Shown one piece after another: positions 53,219 to 63,685 of a DNA stretch of 64,000 nucleotides. The stretch is from an uncultured Gemmatimonadales bacterium (GTDB lineage: Bacteria; Gemmatimonadota; Gemmatimonadetes; Gemmatimonadales; Gemmatimonadaceae). The notes below the pieces were generated by a model. It searched no databases. It saw nothing but the letters and a program-made list of their open reading frames with translations, and was not told where the DNA came from. Each line of letters begins with the position of its first letter. Positions within the stretch are counted from its first letter, which is position 1. The position numbers were made by a program, and so were the translations under genes. The DNA is taken from assembly GCA_963707505.1 (NCBI GenBank), contig CAVPQB010000003.1, positions 32,001-96,000 of the forward strand, given 5' to 3'.

Positions 53219-53431
53219 CGTCATCCCCGCGAAAGCTCTCCCAGACTCGTCATCCCCGCGAAAGCGGGGATCCATGGACGATGTTGTAGGCACAGCATCC
53301 ATCCTCGCAGGTGACACCGTTTGCAAATGAAAGGCCGACCTCCTGCTTTTCCAGGAGATCGGCTACGCCCTGCAGCGAGACGGTGTTGAATCCGATCGTG
53401 ATCGGTGGCCCCCGCGTTCGCGGGGGTGACG
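53219..53431. repeat. CGTC-type REP cluster: partial copy 53219-53236, full copy 53248-53274, inverted copy 53406-53431, enclosing a 131-bp spacer
   Basis: CGTCATCCCCGCGAAAGCGGGGATCCA and, on the minus strand, CGTCACCCCCGCGAACGCGGGGGCCA. Confidence 0.9.
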
Positions 53432-53446
53432 AAGGCTTGGCTTCTC

Positions 53447-54617
53447 CTAAACCGCCTTCTTCAACGCCGCCGCGCGATCGGTCCGTTCCCACGTGAACAA
53501 TGTCGCAGCGTTCCGTCCGCGCCCGATCTTTTCCGGCGTCCGGCCAAAGTGCCCGTACGACGCAGTCGGCGTGTAGATCGGCTTGCGCAGATCCAGCGCA
53601 GTGATGATCCCCCGCGGCGTGAGGTCGAACACCTCGTTCACTGCGCGAGTGATCGCGGAATCGGGCACCGTACCCGTTCCGAACGTGTCGACCATCACCG
53701 ACACCGGCTCGCGCAACGCCGATCGCGTACGCGAGCTGCACCTCGCACCGGCGCGCCAGCTTGGCGGCGACGATGTTCTTTGCAACCCAACGCGCCGCGT
53801 AGCACGCCGAGCGGTCGACCTTGGACGGATCCTTTCCCGAGAACGCGCCGCCACCGTGCCGACCCATTCCACCGTACGTATCGACGATGATCTTGCGTCC
53901 CGTGAGACCAGCGTCGCCCTGAGGGCCGCCGATCACGAAACGACCCGTCGGATTGATGTGATACTTGATGCCGCGTCCGCGCATCTCCTTGGGGATGTTC
54001 GGCTCGATCACCTCCGACATGATCGCCTGGCGCAGGCGACGCGTCGATATGTCGTCGCTGTGTTGAGTCGAGACCACGACCGTATCAACCGCGATGGGGA
54101 TGTGATCTTCGTACACGACTGTGACCTGCGCCTTGCCGTCCGGACGCAGCCATTTTTTTCCGCCAGCGCGACGATAGTCCGCAAGCGACTGCGTGATGCG
54201 GTGCGCCAGCTGGATCGGGAGCGGCATCAACTCCGGCGTTTCATCGCTGGCATAACCGAACATCATTCCCTGATCACCGGCTCCGCCCGTATCGACGCCC
54301 TGCGCGATATCCGGCGACTGACGGTCGATGGTGCTCATTACCGCGCACGTCTTGCAATCGAAGCCGAAGGCCGCGTCGGTGTAGCCGATGCGTGCGATCG
54401 TCTCGCGGACGATGTCCGGCACCGGAACGTAAGTATCAGTCGTTATCTCGCCGGCGACGACCGCGAGACCAGTCGTCACCAGCGTCTCGCACGCTACGCG
54501 CGCGGCGGCGTCATCGGTGAGAATCGCATCGAGGATCGCATCGGAAATCTGGTCGGCGATCTTGTCGGGGTGACCTTCGGTTACGGATTCGGACGTGAAA
54601 AGATGGCGTTCGGACAC
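53447..54617 (-). CDS. metK: S-adenosylmethionine synthetase, +1 frameshift near 53713
   Basis: [44 protein letters not shown], then [13 protein letters not shown] and YGHFGR in the second frame. Confidence 0.97.
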
Positions 54618-54711
54618 AATATCATTGATAGGGGCAAGACGGGGATGACCTGCTACCAGCCGATGCGGCGGGAAGGCCGACTATTTCCGTCAAGCCGGAT
54701 GAACGGATGGA

Positions 54712-56514
54712 TCAATCGCCGGCGTCTCCAAACATATCCAGATCACCCTTGACGGGCAATCCGTACCGCAGAAACGGGGCGTCGCCGAAGGCAGATCGGA
54801 TGGCGCTGCGGAGCACCTGCTCCACTTCCTCGGCGGTTCCGGCCAGCATCGCTGAATCAGCCGCGGCACGGGCCACATCCACGCTTATGCCGCGGATGAC
54901 CCGTTTCACCAGCGCGACCGACGGTGCGCCAACGCTCAGCTGGCGAACCCCCAGCCCGATGAGCGCGAACGCCATCAAGGGCTGCGACGCCATCTCGCCA
55001 CAGACAGCCACTTCCAGGCCTGCGGCTGTGCCGGCCTGTACGGTACGCCGGATCAGCCGCAAGACCGACGGATGCAACGGCGTGAAGCGCGCGGCCAGAT
55101 TCACGTTGCCGCGATCGACGGCGAGCGTGTACTGCACGAGATCGTTGGTACCGATGCTGAAGAACGCGACTTCGGGTGCCAGGATGTCGGCACCGATCGC
55201 CGCAGCTGGAGTCTCGACCATCACACCAAGCGGCACATCGCTGCGATGCTCGACACCGCGCGCAGTGAGCTCGTCGGATGCCTCCTTCAGCAGCCGTCGC
55301 GCCGCCCGCACTTCATCCAGCGTCACGATCAACGGCAGCATGATGCGCACGTCGCCGAACATCGCTGCTCGTAACAGTGCACGCAGCTGAGTCTTGAACA
55401 GCTCGGGCTCGTCCAGGCAGACGCGAATCGCGCGCCAGCCAAGGAACGGATTTGCCTCGGTCGCATAACCGCGAATCGGCAGCTTGTCGCCACCAACATC
55501 GAATGTGCGGATTACGACAGGATGTTTCCCGAATGCGCGCACCACGCCCTGATACGCGCGGAACTGCTCGTCTTCGTCCGGCATCGTTGCGCGACCGACG
55601 GCGAGGAATTCGGTGCGCATCAGCCCCACGCCTTCCGCACCGCTTCCAGCGGCGGCGGCGGCCTCGTCGGGCAGGTCCACATTCGCGCGCAGGACGATTC
55701 GCACTCCGTCCAGCGTAACCGGTTCCGCAGTCGCGATCTCGCGCATCGCTGCATCGTCCGACGCGTCGCGCACCGCGCGCTCGGCGTATGCCGCAATCTG
55801 CGCTTCGGTTGGATTCGGAACGACGACGCCCAGCGACCCATCGAGGATTACGCGATCTCCCGGATGCAACTGAGTCGTCGCATCGCGCAGCCCAACCACC
55901 GCTGGGAGACCCAGAGATCGGGCGAGAATGGCAACGTGCGAGGTTCGCGTACCGGCGTCTGTCGCAATGGCCGCTATCGCGTCGCGATCCAGCTGCACCG
56001 TGAGGCTGGGCGTCAGATCGTGTGTGACAAGTATCGCGTTGGAACCCTTTGGCAGATCCACCGGATCGTGATCAGCGAGACCGAGCAACATCGACAACAC
56101 GCGGATGTGAACGTCGGTGAGATCGGCAACGCGCTCGCGCAGCATCTGATGTGTGTGTCGCGCAAAGCTCTGACGCCAGTCCGCCATGACGAGATCGAAC
56201 GCCTTCTCCGCACCGAGGTTCTGATGAATCAGAGAGCGCACGTTGTCCAGCAGCTCGGCGTCGTCGAGCATTGCGAGCTGCACATCGAAGATGGCAGCCT
56301 CCTCCTCGCCGGCGTGAGCGCTGACGCGCTCCCGGATCTGGCCAAGCCGCGTGCGAGCTCGTGCGACCACATCTTCGAATCGAGCGATTTCGGGGCCGAC
56401 CTGCTCGTCCGAGATGATGCGCTGGCGAACCTGCGGTACTTCCCAACGGAGAAGATGTACCGGTCCTACGACGATGCCAGGCGAAGCCGGCAGACCGACG
56501 ATGGGGCGCGGCAC
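54712..56514 (-). CDS. ptsI: Phosphoenolpyruvate-protein phosphotransferase (PTS Enzyme I)
   Basis: TSHVAILAR phospho-His motif, GVGLMRTEF, EANPFLGWR, SIGTNDL, CGEMA. Confidence 0.95.
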   Translation of the reverse strand: MPRPIVGLPASPGIVVGPVHLLRWEVPQVRQRIISDEQVGPEIARFEDVVARARTRLGQIRERVSAHAGEEEAAIFDVQLAMLDDAELLDNVRSLIHQNLGAEKAFDLVMADWRQSFARHTHQMLRERVADLTDVHIRVLSMLLGLADHDPVDLPKGSNAILVTHDLTPSLTVQLDRDAIAAIATDAGTRTSHVAILARSLGLPAVVGLRDATTQLHPGDRVILDGSLGVVVPNPTEAQIAAYAERAVRDASDDAAMREIATAEPVTLDGVRIVLRANVDLPDEAAAAAGSGAEGVGLMRTEFLAVGRATMPDEDEQFRAYQGVVRAFGKHPVVIRTFDVGGDKLPIRGYATEANPFLGWRAIRVCLDEPELFKTQLRALLRAAMFGDVRIMLPLIVTLDEVRAARRLLKEASDELTARGVEHRSDVPLGVMVETPAAAIGADILAPEVAFFSIGTNDLVQYTLAVDRGNVNLAARFTPLHPSVLRLIRRTVQAGTAAGLEVAVCGEMASQPLMAFALIGLGVRQLSVGAPSVALVKRVIRGISVDVARAAADSAMLAGTAEEVEQVLRSAIRSAFGDAPFLRYGLPVKGDLDMFGDAGD

Positions 56515-56781
56515 CTACCGCTCCCCGAACTTTGTGGCCACTAGCTGCGCCAGTGCATCGATCGCGGCATCCGCATCCGGTCCCGTTGCGCGCAGAATTA
56601 TCTCCGAGCCGCACTCGGCGGCCAGCATCATCACTCCCATGATGCTCTTGCCATTAACCTCGAGATCGTCGCGTACGATTGTAACATTGCTGGTGAACTT
56701 GCCGGCCGTCTTGACTATCTCGGCGGCAGGTCGCGCGTGGACTCCGTTCTTGTTCACGATCGTAACCGTTCGCTCCGCCAT
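56515..56781 (-). CDS. ptsH: Phosphocarrier protein HPr
   Basis: GVHARPAA (His15) and NGKSIMGV (Ser46); own ATG at 56781. Confidence 0.95.
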   Translation of the reverse strand: MAERTVTIVNKNGVHARPAAEIVKTAGKFTSNVTIVRDDLEVNGKSIMGVMMLAAECGSEIILRATGPDADAAIDALAQLVATKFGER

Positions 56782-57567
56782 CAACGTGCCACCGAGTAGA
56801 GGACAAAAATCGCCAGCACTCCGAGCGCGGCGCGCCAACCCGTTGCACGCGCGCCAAAACGAGCAAGAATGACCGCACCGATCACCGCGACGACTGCTAC
56901 GCCACCGGCGAGAACGCGTCCTGGTCCAATGATGCGCTGCAATGCGAGCGGAAGAATCAGTCCGGCCAGCACCGCTGAAATTCGTGCCAGAGCAGCCGGC
57001 CACTCCCTGAAAAACGGGATTCGCAAGGGCGGGCGCAACACGCATGCCGCTTCTGAGCCCCACACGAAGCCCCCACGCCCTCAGCGCAACATGTCCAACG
57101 TTGTAGACGCCCAGAAAGATACACACCACTGCTAGCGGACCCGCTCCGAGGGCGAACGCGGTCAGAGCAATCAGCGAGCAGAGCGGGAGCCAGCCGGCCC
57201 AGACGAGCTGGTCACCGACGCTGCCAAGCGGACCACACAGGGCGGTCCTGAATCGCTCGATACGGGCTGGGTTTTCGCCATCCAGCTCCGCCCGGGCCAG
57301 CGAACCCACCGCCACACCGGCGAGATACGGATGCGCATTGAAGTAGCGTGCCTGGCGGGCCATCGCCGTGTGATATCGATCTTCAGGTAGATCCTTGAGC
57401 AACGGTTTCATGCTGAACGCGATCCCGTTGCCGAGCATGGTCTCGTAATTCCACGAACCCTGCACGGCGAACAACCGGAGGAACGCGGCGGTGATGGCAG
57501 CGTTGCCGACCGGCGCCGGAGTTCCCGGATCGCGACGCGCCCACTTGTGCACCTGTGGCGCCGTCAT
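56781..57567 (-). CDS. PTS mannose/fructose/sorbose family IID component, frameshift near 57010
   Basis: QGSWNYETM, YFNAHPY, GPLGSVGDQLVW; C-terminal TMs in ORF 56781..57065. Confidence 0.9.
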
Positions 57568-58268
57568 TGCAGCAGCAACAGTGCGGTGCCGGCGCCAAGT
57601 CCGAGCACGAAGAGCCAACCTGCGCGCGCCGCGCCGTGCGTGATTGTCCAGATCGCGCCGGCGGCCACGGTCGCCGCAAGCGCGGTCACGACAGCGCGTG
57701 AATAGATCGCATTGACGCCCCAGATCGCAACAATCTCCTGCGACAGCGGAAACAGTATTACGAGCGCAACGAATGTCACGACGAAGCCGCGCACGAGATC
57801 CATCGTCAGGCCGCGCAATTGCAGACTGTCAACGGCCGATGGCGAGCCCGCGTCGATGGCCGTGCGCATCCGTCGCGCCTGATGTCCGTTCCACGTGCGC
57901 ACCCACACCATGCTTCGGCTGCTGAACACTGCGGTTGCGAGCGCCATGAACATCGCGACCGGGAGCGCACCAGCCGCGCCCTGTGGCTGGCCAGCCATCA
58001 CCACTCCACCGACGACGCCAGCGGTTCCCCACTCCGCGTAACGCGATGCGCCGAACGGAAGCGTCTCGAGCGCGATGAGCTCGAGCACCGCACCGATCAG
58101 GAGGCCCGCTGCCGGTCGCCCGACGAACGCGCCGCCAAGTGTGGCGGACACGAGAGGGCGCGAAAACATCATCTGCGGAAAGCTTACCATGTCCAACCCG
58201 ATCACTGCTCCGAGCAGTGATACAGGCACTATGCTGAAGAGGACCGACTCGATTGTCACGTCATGCAT
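57564..58268 (-). CDS. PTS mannose-family IIC component
   Basis: QMMFSRPLV, GLLIGAVLEL..L, multiple TMs; operon context. Confidence 0.88.
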   Translation of the reverse strand: MHDVTIESVLFSIVPVSLLGAVIGLDMVSFPQMMFSRPLVSATLGGAFVGRPAAGLLIGAVLELIALETLPFGASRYAEWGTAGVVGGVVMAGQPQGAAGALPVAMFMALATAVFSSRSMVWVRTWNGHQARRMRTAIDAGSPSAVDSLQLRGLTMDLVRGFVVTFVALVILFPLSQEIVAIWGVNAIYSRAVVTALAATVAAGAIWTITHGAARAGWLFVLGLGAGTALLLLQ

Positions 58269-58747
58269 CCGCGTAGCATCTCTTCCAGCGTGCGACTCGG
58301 CGCGGACGGAACGTCCTGCGCAGTGACGATGACGCCAAGCTCCGCCATGCTGCGCAGATCCTGTTCTTCAGTTTTGGTGAGGAACACGTAGCGCATCTTC
58401 TGGGCGCGGTCCTCGCGATGATGAATGCCGCCCACGTTCACCGACGTGATTGGCAACACCGACGTGCGCGCGAGCTGCAGCATCGCCTCCACGGTTCCCG
58501 TGAGCACCATTCCCGTGCGACGATCAGATGCGTACTTCGCGATCTCCCGCGCCGCGTCGCTCGTCGACGCGAAATAGACGTCCATGCTCGGCGGAACACC
58601 GAGGCGGTAGAGCTCCTGCTCCCAGTCGGATTCTGCGACCACGTCGTCGACCAGAACGATGAAGTCAAGATTTAGTGGCTGCCCCCAGCCAACGACGACC
58701 TGTCCGTGTATCAACCGGTCGTCGATTCGGTAAAGCGCTATTGGCAT
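58256..58747 (-). CDS. PTS mannose-family IIB component
   Basis: RIDDRLIHGQVVVGW, VNVGG, QDVP. Confidence 0.95.
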   Translation of the reverse strand: MPIALYRIDDRLIHGQVVVGWGQPLNLDFIVLVDDVVAESDWEQELYRLGVPPSMDVYFASTSDAAREIAKYASDRRTGMVLTGTVEAMLQLARTSVLPITSVNVGGIHHREDRAQKMRYVFLTKTEEQDLRSMAELGVIVTAQDVPSAPSRTLEEMLRGCMT

Positions 58748-59140
58748 TCAGATCGCGAGGGAAGCAATGGCTGCGCGCCCCTTCTCGACCGCACGTGCAG
58801 TCGATTCACCTGCGGGCATCTGTGCGTCGCAGAATACGAAGTCCATCAGCGCGGCGAGGCTGACGCCAGTGACAACGATGAGACCGGGTGTATCGTGCTG
58901 CACGCGGCGCGCGGCAAATGTCGCGCTGCCGCCGGGAAGGTCCGTGAACACCACGCGGACGCCGTGCAGCGCGAGCAGATCGCGCAGGCCGCTTTCGATT
59001 TCCTCACGCCCCAACCCAAGGTTGGAGAAAGGAATGAGAGCATTGCCGCGTCCCGTAATCTGCTCGACCGCGGAGACCAGACCGCCTGGAAGTGCACCGT
59101 GTCCGGCGACAATCGCGCGCGGCGCGACGTCAGGATCCAT
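58748..59140 (-). CDS. PTS mannose-family IIA component
   Basis: IVAGHG, FTDLPGGS, VTGVSL. Confidence 0.88.
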   Translation of the reverse strand: MDPDVAPRAIVAGHGALPGGLVSAVEQITGRGNALIPFSNLGLGREEIESGLRDLLALHGVRVVFTDLPGGSATFAARRVQHDTPGLIVVTGVSLAALMDFVFCDAQMPAGESTARAVEKGRAAIASLAI

Positions 59141-60112
59141 CTACTCGACATCCTCCTGCAGGTAGCGCCGGATCGCCGATGCCTTCTGCATCCGTTGAAT
59201 CAGGCGCTCATTGAATTGTTCCGCCGGATTTATTCCGGAGTAGTGCAGAAGATGGTTCATGGCGATCACCTCCGCTATGACCGTGATGTTCTTTCCCGGA
59301 TTCAGCGGCACGGTGATCTTGGGAATCTCCACGCCGAGTATGCTCGCCTGGGACGTGTCGAGACCCGTGCGTTCCACAGGCGCGTTCCGGTCCCAGGTTT
59401 CCAGATGTACCACGACTTCGATGCGCTTCTGCTGCCGCACCGAGCGAATGCCGAAGATGGACGGGATGTTGATGAGCCCGACGCCCCGAATTTCCATGTG
59501 GTGCGCCGCCATCTCGTGCGCGCGGCCGATGAGCAGGTCGTGACCGCGCCGGGAGACGATTACAAGGTCGTCGGCAACGAGACGATGGCCGCGCTCCACG
59601 AGATCGAGCACGCACTCGGATTTTCCTATTCCACTCGCGCCGGTAAAGAAGAGGCCCACTCCGTAAACGTCAGCGAGCGAGCCATGCAGCGTGGTTGTCG
59701 GAGCAAATAATTCTTCCAGCGCCGGTTTGACGCCACTGTAGAATTGAGCCGTCGATAGCGCTGTCCGAATCAGCGCCGTTTCCGCCTCACGCGCGCGCTC
59801 GCGCAATCCGTCCGGTGGCTCCTGCCCCTTTGTGATGAATACGGCCGGAAGATGAAACGAGAAGAACAGGTTGATGATCTCCTCGCGGCGAACGGGGTCG
59901 AGTGAGTTGAGATAACTCACCTCCGTCTCGCCCAGCACCTGCAGCCGATCCGATACGAAGCGTCCGACGTAACCCGACAGCGCCAGACCGGGACTGGAGA
60001 TTTCCGGTCCCGGTAGAGGGCGCTGGAGTCCCACGCCGCCGCCCAGATCATCGAGTTGCAGCGGGTCGGCGAGCCGCTCAACCAGCTCGCCGACCGTGGG
60101 ATGGCGCGTCAC
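59141..60112 (-). CDS. hprK: HPr(Ser) kinase/phosphorylase
   Basis: GASGIGKSE, RGHRLVADD, HHMEIRGVGLI, PGKN. Confidence 0.96.
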   Translation of the reverse strand: MTRHPTVGELVERLADPLQLDDLGGGVGLQRPLPGPEISSPGLALSGYVGRFVSDRLQVLGETEVSYLNSLDPVRREEIINLFFSFHLPAVFITKGQEPPDGLRERAREAETALIRTALSTAQFYSGVKPALEELFAPTTTLHGSLADVYGVGLFFTGASGIGKSECVLDLVERGHRLVADDLVIVSRRGHDLLIGRAHEMAAHHMEIRGVGLINIPSIFGIRSVRQQKRIEVVVHLETWDRNAPVERTGLDTSQASILGVEIPKITVPLNPGKNITVIAEVIAMNHLLHYSGINPAEQFNERLIQRMQKASAIRRYLQEDVE

Positions 60113-60423
60113 GCGCGCAGCTCTGCCTCGTGAACCTGCTTCTTCTTCGCAGACTTGAGACGCCGAATCTGCGCGTCCAGCTTGGCGATCGCGTTGGTCA
60201 ACGCCGGCTCGTGATACTTCCCTTCACTCTTGGCGATCAGATTGTCGAAGTGCGGTGCACGTAGCACCAGTTCCACGGTCTTATTGACGCCGTCCTCACT
60301 AACCCACACGTCTGCGTCGACTGGTCTACCGAGATGCTCCATCAACTTCTGAACTCCCTCCGCCGCTTTCACGCGAAGTCCCTCAGTGATCTCAGCCTGA
60401 TGTCCGTGGAATTGGATATCCAT
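60109..60423 (-). CDS. hpf: Ribosome hibernation factor, short HPF/RaiA family
   Basis: IQFHGHQAEITEGLR..KL, AIAKLDAQIRRLK; directly upstream of hprK. Confidence 0.82.
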   Translation of the reverse strand: MDIQFHGHQAEITEGLRVKAAEGVQKLMEHLGRPVDADVWVSEDGVNKTVELVLRAPHFDNLIAKSEGKYHEPALTNAIAKLDAQIRRLKSAKKKQVHEAELRA

Positions 60424-60424
60424 G

Positions 60425-61528
60425 CTACGCTCCCCTGGCTACATGTTGGAGGTGTGCCAACGTCTCTGCCGCTGCGCGTTCCCATGTAAAGGTTTCGGCG
60501 AAGCGGCGCGCGTTGGCTCCTAATGTCGTGACGAGCTCTGGCGAATCAAGCAACCCTCTCATGGCAGCCGCATACGCAGCCACATCCGAACCCGGGACAA
60601 GAAAACCGGTATCGCCATCCACCACCGACTCCCTGATGCCGGGCGAGTCCGCGGCAATTACCGGTGTACCACACGCAGCTGACTCCAAGTTACTGATTCC
60701 CCAGCCCTCTTTGGGAGAGGCAAGAACAGTCGCCCAGGAACGCCGCAGCAGCTCCCGCTTTCCCGCTTCCGTGATATACCCCAAAAACCGAACCCGATCC
60801 TCGATATTGAGTTTTGTCACAAGTGATTCCAGCCTGTCACGATCATCACCCTTGCCTGCAATCTCCAGGCGAGCGTCGCGTGCATCGAGCAATGCGAAGG
60901 CTTTTATAACGAGATCCACCCGCTTGTACCGCTTCAACCGGCCCAGATAAGAGAATAAAGGCATATCCGAACGTATGTTCGGATCCGGCGTGAGGGACTC
61001 TACATCCACCCCGTTGTATATGACCTCGATGCAATCGCCAGGGATGCCGCGAGTTACCAGGTCATCGCGGGTACTCAGGCTCACTGCCTGGAATGCAACG
61101 CCGCGGTAGCCGATGCCGAGTGGCCGTTCGGCGAGCCACGTCGCTGCGGCAACGGGCAGGGACTCCTCGCGAAAGGCGGTTGTGCCGAACAGATGGTGCG
61201 TGATGACCACGAGTTTGCGCGGCTTCCATCGCGGTGTGTAGAGTGGGATCTTGTTCAGATCCTCGACGACGATGTCGTAGGCGTGTTTCGCGACGAGCGT
61301 TTCGTATGCGCGATGCGCGTGTAGCGGAAAGGAGAAGCGCGAACCCACGCGATGCACGTGAATTCCGTCCAGTATTATGTCGCTCGCGGCACCGGCGAAT
61401 CCGCTGCACAACAGATCGACATCGTGACCCTTTCTTACAATGCGGCCAAACACTTCATGGAGATGCAGCTCCGCGCCACCAGCGTGCGGGTTTTCACGAT
61501 CCTGCCAGTTGATGACGAGGATGCGCAA
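60425..61528 (-). CDS. Glycosyltransferase family 4
   Basis: NWQDRENPHAGGAE, YLGRLKRYKR, EGWGISNLESAACGTPVI. Confidence 0.92.
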   Translation of the reverse strand: MRILVINWQDRENPHAGGAELHLHEVFGRIVRKGHDVDLLCSGFAGAASDIILDGIHVHRVGSRFSFPLHAHRAYETLVAKHAYDIVVEDLNKIPLYTPRWKPRKLVVITHHLFGTTAFREESLPVAAATWLAERPLGIGYRGVAFQAVSLSTRDDLVTRGIPGDCIEVIYNGVDVESLTPDPNIRSDMPLFSYLGRLKRYKRVDLVIKAFALLDARDARLEIAGKGDDRDRLESLVTKLNIEDRVRFLGYITEAGKRELLRRSWATVLASPKEGWGISNLESAACGTPVIAADSPGIRESVVDGDTGFLVPGSDVAAYAAAMRGLLDSPELVTTLGANARRFAETFTWERAAAETLAHLQHVARGA

Positions 61529-61531
61529 GGC

Positions 61532-61942
61532 TCAGAGCATACCCTGCTGGCGCGCGTACGCGTCGAGCACTCCGTTCACGAAGCGCGCGCTCTGCTCGCT
61601 GCCGTAACGTTCTGCAAGCCGGACTGATTCCTTGATCACGACGCGCGGAGGTGTGATGCCCTGCAACAGTTCTGCAATCGCAAGTCGCAGCACCGATCGC
61701 TCGATCGCGCCGATGCGGCTCAGCCGCCAGTTGGTCGTTACTGCACTCAACGACTTGTCGATCTCTTCGCCGCGCGCGATCAGGATGCGAACGAGAAAGC
61801 CGGCGAAATGCTGCTCTTCCTGCGATACGACGAGATCGTCCCACACCTGCTGTGCAACGCGATCGAGCGCGGTGCCATCGCGCATGTCCCACGCATACAG
61901 CGCCTGCAGCGCGCGGGAGCGCGCGCGTGACTCAACCCTCAT
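61532..61942 (-). CDS. nusB: Transcription antitermination factor NusB
   Basis: RARSRALQALY, NWRLSRI, ERSVLRLA, RFVNGVLD. Confidence 0.95.
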   Translation of the reverse strand: MRVESRARSRALQALYAWDMRDGTALDRVAQQVWDDLVVSQEEQHFAGFLVRILIARGEEIDKSLSAVTTNWRLSRIGAIERSVLRLAIAELLQGITPPRVVIKESVRLAERYGSEQSARFVNGVLDAYARQQGML

Positions 61943-62411
61943 CAGCTGGCTCGATCTGATCCAGGACGTCGGTCGTCTCGAGCGCCGCTACTGCGGCATC
62001 CCAGCCCTTGTTTCCGTGTACCCCACCGGCGCGCGCGAGCGCCTGATCCATGGTGTCGCACGTGAGCAGCCCGAAGCCGATCGGAATCCCTGCATCGATG
62101 CACACGAGCGCGAGACCGCGAGACGCCTCACCCGCTACGAAATCGAAGTGCGGTGTATCGCCGCGGATGACTGCACCGAGTGCGACCAGCGCATCGTAGC
62201 GTCCGCTCTCGAGCGCTCGCCGCGCGGCGAGCGGCAGCTCCCACGCACCGGGCACCCAGACCACATCGATATCGTCGAACGCAACCTCGTGCGCGACAAG
62301 TGCTTCGAGCGCACCATCGACGAGCGGACGCGTAATTGTTTCGTTGAAGCGACTTGCGACCACTACCACACGTCGCCCCGAGCCGCGCGGTGTTCCGTTG
62401 AACTCTGCCAT
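61932..62411 (-). CDS. ribH: 6,7-dimethyl-8-ribityllumazine synthase
   Basis: SRFN, VPGAWELP, GAVIRGDTPHFDFV, NKG. Confidence 0.97.
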   Translation of the reverse strand: MAEFNGTPRGSGRRVVVVASRFNETITRPLVDGALEALVAHEVAFDDIDVVWVPGAWELPLAARRALESGRYDALVALGAVIRGDTPHFDFVAGEASRGLALVCIDAGIPIGFGLLTCDTMDQALARAGGVHGNKGWDAAVAALETTDVLDQIEPADEG

Positions 62412-62455
62412 TAATTTCGTTTAGGTGCGTTGCACGCAGTTGCAGTGCATTACGG

Positions 62456-63685
62456 TTACGACGCGAGCAGATGCCCGAGCTTCGCCTGCTTGGTCTTCAG
62501 GTAATGCGCGTTTTCACTGGTGGACGGTGGAACTATCGGAACCCGATCATCGACCGCGAGCCCGTATCCTTCGAGTCCGACGAGCTTGCGCGGATTGTTC
62601 GTCAACACGCGCATCGACCGCAGGCCAAGATCCAGCAATATCTGCGCGCCTATTCCATAGTTGCGCAGGTCGGGGCCGAAGCCGAGTGCCTCGTTCGCCT
62701 CGACGGTGTCCTTCCCCTCGTCCTGTAGCTGGTATGCCTTGAGTTTGTTCAGGAGGCCGATGCCGCGCCCTTCCTGATCGAGATATACGATGACGCCACG
62801 TCCTTCCGCCTGGATCATCTCCATCGCGGTGTCGAGCTGCCAGCCGCAGTCGCAGCGCTGCGAGTGAAACACGTCGCCGGTAAGACACTTGGAGTGCATC
62901 CTGACGAGAACGCCCGACTCTCCCACTACGTGTCCATGTACGAGTGCTACGTGCTCGTGTTGATCGACATCATTGCGATAGCCGATGATACGCCACTCGC
63001 CGTGCTTCGTCGGAAGACGCGCCTCCGCAATTCGATGCACCAGTCGCTCGGTGCGCAGGCGGTATGCGACGAGCTGCGCAACGGTGACGAACGTGAGCTC
63101 GTGCTTACGGGCGAACAGCTCGAGCTGTGGTCTCCGAGCCGCGCTTCCGTCCTCGTTGAGTATCTCGCAGATCACACCCGCGGGACGCATGCCGGCGAGC
63201 CGCGCAAGATCGATCGCGGCCTCGGTATGGCCCACGCGTTGCAGCACGCCACCTTCGCGCGCACGCAGCGGAAACACGTGGCCCGGACGTCGGAGATCGC
63301 CGCGCGTCGTGCTCGGATCGACCGCCACTCGGATTGTCGCGGCACGGTCGTGCGCGCTGATGCCCGTCGTGACGCCGAAGCGCGGCGCAGCGTCGATACT
63401 GACCGTGAACGCGGTGCGTTGCTCTTCGGTATTGAAGTCGCTCATCTGCGGAAGATCGAGATGATCGGCGCGCTCGCCGGTCAACGCGAGACAGATGAGT
63501 CCGCCCGCCTTCCGAATCATGAAGTTCACGCCTTCGGCCGTGATGTGTTCGGCGGCGCAGATCAGATCGCCTTCGTTCTCTCGATCGTCGTCGTCAGCTA
63601 CAATGACCATCTTTCCGGCGGCGATGTCGCGCAGCGCTTGCTCGATGGTTCCAAATTTGGGTTCAGGCAACTGGGACTCAGGCAT
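62456..63685 (-). CDS. ribBA: Bifunctional DHBP synthase / GTP cyclohydrolase II
   Basis: [51 protein letters not shown]. Confidence 0.97.
   Translation of the reverse strand: MPESQLPEPKFGTIEQALRDIAAGKMVIVADDDDRENEGDLICAAEHITAEGVNFMIRKAGGLICLALTGERADHLDLPQMSDFNTEEQRTAFTVSIDAAPRFGVTTGISAHDRAATIRVAVDPSTTRGDLRRPGHVFPLRAREGGVLQRVGHTEAAIDLARLAGMRPAGVICEILNEDGSAARRPQLELFARKHELTFVTVAQLVAYRLRTERLVHRIAEARLPTKHGEWRIIGYRNDVDQHEHVALVHGHVVGESGVLVRMHSKCLTGDVFHSQRCDCGWQLDTAMEMIQAEGRGVIVYLDQEGRGIGLLNKLKAYQLQDEGKDTVEANEALGFGPDLRNYGIGAQILLDLGLRSMRVLTNNPRKLVGLEGYGLAVDDRVPIVPPSTSENAHYLKTKQAKLGHLLAS

Noticed and set aside
53250..53713. Novel Cys-containing C-terminal extension of MetK in the 455-aa ORF
   Set aside because: Results from the +1 frameshift near 53713; the normal MetK C-terminus is in the other frame and stops at 53447.
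54618..54711. SAM riboswitch upstream of metK
   Set aside because: SAM-I hallmarks (ATC.AGA, GCAACC, GTGC) are not present in order in this 94-bp gap.
56515..57618. Apparent PTS IID-HPr fusion
   Set aside because: Caused by a frameshift at the A5 run near 57010; the IID C-terminus in the other frame stops at 56781 with a TGATG overlap onto the HPr start.
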